A stretch of DNA of 63,500 nucleotides, counting the filler, from Craspedostauros australis (taxonomy: Eukaryota): the NCBI GenBank assembly GCA_030167865.1. It is 11 parts of 11 records of this genome, joined end to end, with 100 filler letters (N's around TTAATTAATTAA, not from the genome) between each part and the next. Parts side by side here need not be neighbours in the genome. Positions count along the whole stretch, not along the records: positions 58,711 to 59,875 come from JALAGF010001575.1; positions 59,976 to 62,217 come from JALAGF010001576.1; positions 62,318 to 63,500 come from JALAGF010001577.1; 8 more parts are not named here. One strand, written 5' to 3'. Each line of letters starts with the position of its first letter. Position 1 is the stretch's first letter. The position numbers were made by a program, and so were the translations under genes. Below, one piece after another: positions 58,711-63,500 of this stretch. Below the pieces are notes generated by a model, which saw nothing but the letters and a program-made list of their open reading frames with translations, searched no databases and had not been told where the DNA came from.

Positions 58711-59873
58711 CCGCTCTTGAAGGCGGTGGCGATGCTCTTGATGTAGTATGGCGATGGGTTGGAATTGCCGAACCGTTGCGCGAATCGCACTGCGAGGAAC
58801 GGCGCCGTGTTGGGGTGGTACATGTAATGATCAAGGACCGCGTCTGTTTCGTGATGTGCGTCACGGGGCTCCTCGTCCGACAGGCTGATGAAATGAGGTG
58901 GGTTGCGGAATGAAAGGTCCGCCCCGACCAACGAGACGGTCGATACCACGTTCTTGCGCAGCTGAGTCATGCCGTATTCGTCCACGACCTCGAAGACCGT
59001 GTCAGCAGAAAGTGGTTGGCCAGCTGGTGATGCCTCGAATCCGCCAATGTGCAATGCCTGCAGGATGGCCTGATCAGAAGGCGANTCGTTGCCAGTGAAC
59101 ACGGCTTCGTTGGAAACGGTCACCTCGCACACGCACATATTATCCTCACTGGCGATGCAGCCAGATATCGATGCGCAGTTGTCCACGATCAATTTGAAAT
59201 CATCCGACCAGTCCACGCGGAAGAGCGTTTTCGTGCTGGGTGCCACGATGAGCTCAACCTGATCATCGCCATAGGATGGCGCGTGGACGATGCCGACCTT
59301 GCCATCTCCGCTGATCTTCGCCTTGAGAGTGCACGATTCGGATGTCCAGAAGTGATTTGGATCCCAGCACTTCGTGTATGCTGCCGAAGTATCATCCTGA
59401 GCTTCGCAATCGGGACGTGGCCATTCACTGCACAGTTGCTCGTCGCAGGCATCCAATGCTGTGGAGAACTTGGTGCGCTCGCCCCAGTACACGTCGTCGT
59501 AGAAGTTGTTGGTTGGGTTCGTCTTGCAGCACGCGACGATCGCAGACTCGGTCCTGGGATCGGCGCACATGTATTCACCCCATTCCCAGTGTCGGATGAT
59601 GGTCTTCGCGTTCTCGTAAAACGATTGGTGCACGCAAGGCTTGCGGATGTACTCGTAGTACATGCCGGCTGATACCTCCACGGTTCGCACGGTGTCGATG
59701 CGGCATTCCTTGCCAGAGCATTGAATTGGTTTATCCAGCACGATCTTGGTTTTGTAGTCACAGGATCCGTCTCCTCGAGGATTGCACAGCTTTGTGTAGA
59801 GTCCGCTGTTGCTTGCGTCGAGCTTGAACCGTTGCGCCGATGGATCTGTCTTCCATGCGTCGATGTCCGAGTG
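58711..59873 (-). CDS. DUF1800-domain protein fragment (both ends partial)
   Basis: FRNPPHF..ETDAVLDHYMYHPNTAPFLAVRFAQRFGNSNPSPYYIKSIATAF, preceded by a Cys-rich region. Frame open across the contig. Confidence 0.85.
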
Positions 59874-59975
59874 CANNNNNNNNNNNNNNNNNNNNNNNNN
59901 NNNNNNNNNNNNNNNNNNNTTAATTAATTAANNNNNNNNNNNNNNNNNNNNNNNNNNNNNNNNNNNNNNNNNNNN

Positions 59976-60810
59976 GGTCTCTACGAGGTCTTCATGTGCA
60001 ACGTTCTTCGGTTGCGTGTGCGTCACGTGTTTGGATTTATCATGACTCGATATGATTGGTAAGACCCGGTTGAGTGACGGGACCTGTAGTCAGTCCTGGG
60101 GTGTCGGCGACAGACGGGGTTTTCAACCAAATCATCCACATATTTATAAACTAGATGACACTATGAGATGCCAAGTGGAGCCCGATTTTGTTTTAATGTC
60201 TTCTCTTAATTTTTATGGAGAATTGTAGATTTACGGTCCACTTGGTCGAATATGAACGCTGTTCCGTGATGATTGGAAGACATTTATTAGTCTTTCTGAC
60301 GCAAACAACGTGATGTGCGCAGACACGTTCGGGAACCATCATTGTTTGACGGGTTGCGGACAGAGTTTGGTATTTCAACAATGTCATAGTTTGATCTATC
60401 CGAACATACTTGATTGGCCTATTACCGTTAAATAACGTTATACATACACTTTCAAATTGTTGACTCTGATCACACGTGGCGATTTCGGTACGCTCGCTCT
60501 GTGTGAACCGTTTCAATTGGTTTTTCCGAAACCGACAGTTTGCGAGTCTTTTCTTACCAATTCGTTTCAGCAGACGATACTTGAATCCAACCCAAAAGCT
60601 CGAAAATGACCAACATGGCGAAGGTGAAGACACGATCAACTACCTGCAAACATGAAATAGTACGATTGCGCCGTATCCCCCATATATTCTTGTGTTCACA
60701 AATCACGGTTTCTGGCGTGCGGTGACAAACATCGGCACAGCGATGAATGTGTGACTTTGTGTGCTAGTAACACATCCCAGAATGACTGTGCATTCGAGGT
60801 GGGAAAGCTC
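59976..60810 (+). repeat. Segment identical to 62318-63152; contains a Sola3-like terminal region starting at 60072
   Basis: Both contigs start at the same base and give identical ORF translations. 60072-60485 is the diverged reverse complement of 18868-19277. Confidence 0.95.
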
Positions 60811-61254
60811 CGTGATTGCCGGAGATTTGTGCGTCTTGCCTCTTCCTGGTTTGTCCAGTCTTTGACACTGCCGCCACGATCGTTACTTCAAGGAGTGCGA
60901 GCACTGATTGGTAGTATTAGCGCAACGCTAAATCTCTAGCAATAGCGACACCCGTCGACCAATCAGAAATCTCCACTTTTCTTACCTTTTCCGTTCCGAA
61001 CGGAATTTTTGGTCGAAAATTCGTTGTGTCAAATTTGTGTCGCATTTCGCGTCGCAAGAACCGTTTTCCTGTCAATCACAGATCCAAAATGTCGCGGAAA
61101 TTGATTTCTTGCCAAGATGAACCAATCTGCCCAATCAGGAGGCGATCCCTATTCACCCAAGACCACGATCCAAATGACAATAAGTTCCAACCATCCAAAG
61201 GCAACCATCGAGATGACCGGAGGGAGGAACTGAAATGAAGTGGGACCAGTGAGG

Positions 61255-62217
61255 TGACAGGAGACCGAAGGAGAGGTACCTACAGGTCTACGAGTATGAA
61301 CTTGACAAATGTAGGTACTCTCCAACCCTCAGCTAAGCAAGCGATGAACCACGATGAACGCAAGATGGAGATGCAGACGAAAGGAGCCAAGCTAAAGGGT
61401 GTAACCTTGGGTGGCTACTGCAGATCATGCTTGTTGTAAAATTGGAATCGAAAGGAGATGAGCATGTTGTGCTCACAGTTCTAAAACGGTACAGACTGAT
61501 AACAGATTAGTCTACTACTATAACCCCGGATTTCCAACACGTTTCGAAATGTTACAATTGAAATCCAACGTTTCCATCACCCACCAACACAGCAACAAAC
61601 ACCACCACCACCATGCCACCATGAGTTCCTATCTTCGCAAGAGCGACCGCATTGTCATCTTTGACGGCAAGCGATCCAGCTGGACGGGCTGGAGCATCAA
61701 GTTCCTAGCTCGCACCGCAAGCAAAGGCCTTGAGGACTTGTATCTCATGGATCTAGACGAGGTGGAGGTGAAGCCAGCTCCCTTCGGTCCCAGCGCCCTC
61801 ATCTCCGATGTGAAGATCGAAGAGGGTGAGTCTATCGCGAAGAAGATAGCCTCGATGACTGCTGAGGAAAAGGAGGTATACAAGAATGGGCTGGCTAAGT
61901 GCGCGTTTGAAGAACTGACCATGGCGATCAACCATGAAACTACGGAAGGCGATGTCGCCTTCATGGCTGTAGTGGGAACCAAGGGCAGGCCCACTGAGAG
62001 TGGAGACCCACGCAAGGCGTGGAAGGCCCTTGAACGCATCTACGAGCAGCGTACTGCGCCTGTCAAGGCAAAGTTGTTGGCTCAACTCAACGGGATGCGG
62101 TTGAAGAAAGGCGAGCACCCAGACACGTTCCTAACCGAGATGGAAGTGCTGCGTAATCGCCTCGGTAGTACTGGCATCAAGATGGATATGCAACAGTACC
62201 ACATGCTCGTACTCAAC
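61255..62217 (+). mobile_element. Copia-type retrotransposon 5' part: probable LTR ending TTTCCAACA (61539) and gag ORF from 61621 (3'-partial)
   Basis: IFDGKRSSWTGWSIKFLAR, DPRKAWKALERIYE and LKKGEHPDTFLTEMEVLRNRL (Copia gag/UBN2-like). LTR start not determined. Confidence 0.85.
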
Positions 62218-62317
62218 NNNNNNNNNNNNNNNNNNNNNNNNNNNNNNNNNNNNNNNNNNNNTTAATTAATTAANNNNNNNNNNNNNNNNNNNNNNNNNNN
62301 NNNNNNNNNNNNNNNNN

Positions 62318-63152
62318 GGTCTCTACGAGGTCTTCATGTGCAACGTTCTTCGGTTGCGTGTGCGTCACGTGTTTGGATTTATCATGACTCGATATGATTG
62401 GTAAGACCCGGTTGAGTGACGGGACCTGTAGTCAGTCCTGGGGTGTCGGCGACAGACGGGGTTTTCAACCAAATCATCCACATATTTATAAACTAGATGA
62501 CACTATGAGATGCCAAGTGGAGCCCGATTTTGTTTTAATGTCTTCTCTTAATTTTTATGGAGAATTGTAGATTTACGGTCCACTTGGTCGAATATGAACG
62601 CTGTTCCGTGATGATTGGAAGACATTTATTAGTCTTTCTGACGCAAACAACGTGATGTGCGCAGACACGTTCGGGAACCATCATTGTTTGACGGGTTGCG
62701 GACAGAGTTTGGTATTTCAACAATGTCATAGTTTGATCTATCCGAACATACTTGATTGGCCTATTACCGTTAAATAACGTTATACATACACTTTCAAATT
62801 GTTGACTCTGATCACACGTGGCGATTTCGGTACGCTCGCTCTGTGTGAACCGTTTCAATTGGTTTTTCCGAAACCGACAGTTTGCGAGTCTTTTCTTACC
62901 AATTCGTTTCAGCAGACGATACTTGAATCCAACCCAAAAGCTCGAAAATGACCAACATGGCGAAGGTGAAGACACGATCAACTACCTGCAAACATGAAAT
63001 AGTACGATTGCGCCGTATCCCCCATATATTCTTGTGTTCACAAATCACGGTTTCTGGCGTGCGGTGACAAACATCGGCACAGCGATGAATGTGTGACTTT
63101 GTGTGCTAGTAACACATCCCAGAATGACTGTGCATTCGAGGTGGGAAAGCTC
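62318..63152 (+). repeat. Segment identical to 59976-60810; Sola3-like terminal region starting at 62414
   Basis: Same evidence as for 59976-60810. Confidence 0.95.
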
Positions 63153-63500
63153 AATGATTGTCAGAGATTTGTACGCCTTGTCTCTTCCTGCTTTGTTCAG
63201 TGTCCAAGGAATGCGAGCACTGATTGGTAAAGAGCTGACACCATGTCTGGCCATGACGGAGCGTCGAAGACGGGGGAAATGAGGACAGTGGGCACGGATT
63301 TGCTGATTCAATTTCTTTTCGTGATGGGTGCCTGGTCTGTGCTGCACCGTTCTGCGCTGCTCTGCATAGACGTGTGTGTGTCTGTGTGAGTACGTGCTAT
63401 TGGTATCATGGGCGTTGAAGTGTCGAGATGTACATGTGAGTATATGTCAAGATGTACGTGTATATGTGCATCGTTCACCCGTTATTCTCTCATACGCACT

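Noticed and set aside
60193..60639. 148-aa ORF, its copy at 62535-62981 and the similar 64-aa ORF at 18962-19156, as a protein family
   Set aside because: The similarity is explained by the shared non-coding transposon terminal DNA. The frame reads outward toward the element end and has no motifs.

Overview
Eukaryotic genomic DNA, very probably a diatom. Support: GT-AG introns, a degenerate silicon-transporter gene, DUF1800 and STAND-ATPase families that are expanded in diatoms, and Copia-type retroelements. The window is not contiguous. It is about 11 contigs joined by artificial 100-bp spacers (44 N + TTAATTAATTAA + 44 N), so adjacency across spacers is meaningless. Host genes: a partial AAA_16/STAND ATPase-TPR protein, a LysM protein, an ABCG half-transporter, a coiled-coil protein, a tandem-domain glycosyltransferase-like protein, a FadE-type acyl-CoA dehydrogenase, a secreted and probably GPI-anchored endonuclease I, a methyltransferase-16-like protein, an insulysin-like M16 peptidase, a partial MATE transporter, a 5'-nucleotidase with EF-hands, and a partial DUF1800 protein. 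The mobile fraction is rich: (i) a Sola3-like DNA transposon whose ~1100-codon transposase is split by one in-frame TGA and whose ~410-bp GAG-starting terminal region recurs, diverged, on two other contigs; (ii) a ~970-bp MITE-like element with perfect 20-bp TIRs next to a tRNA-like sequence and a CpG-depleted LTR-like relic; (iii) three Ty1/Copia fragments. All family calls come from motif recognition by eye; no database search was run.
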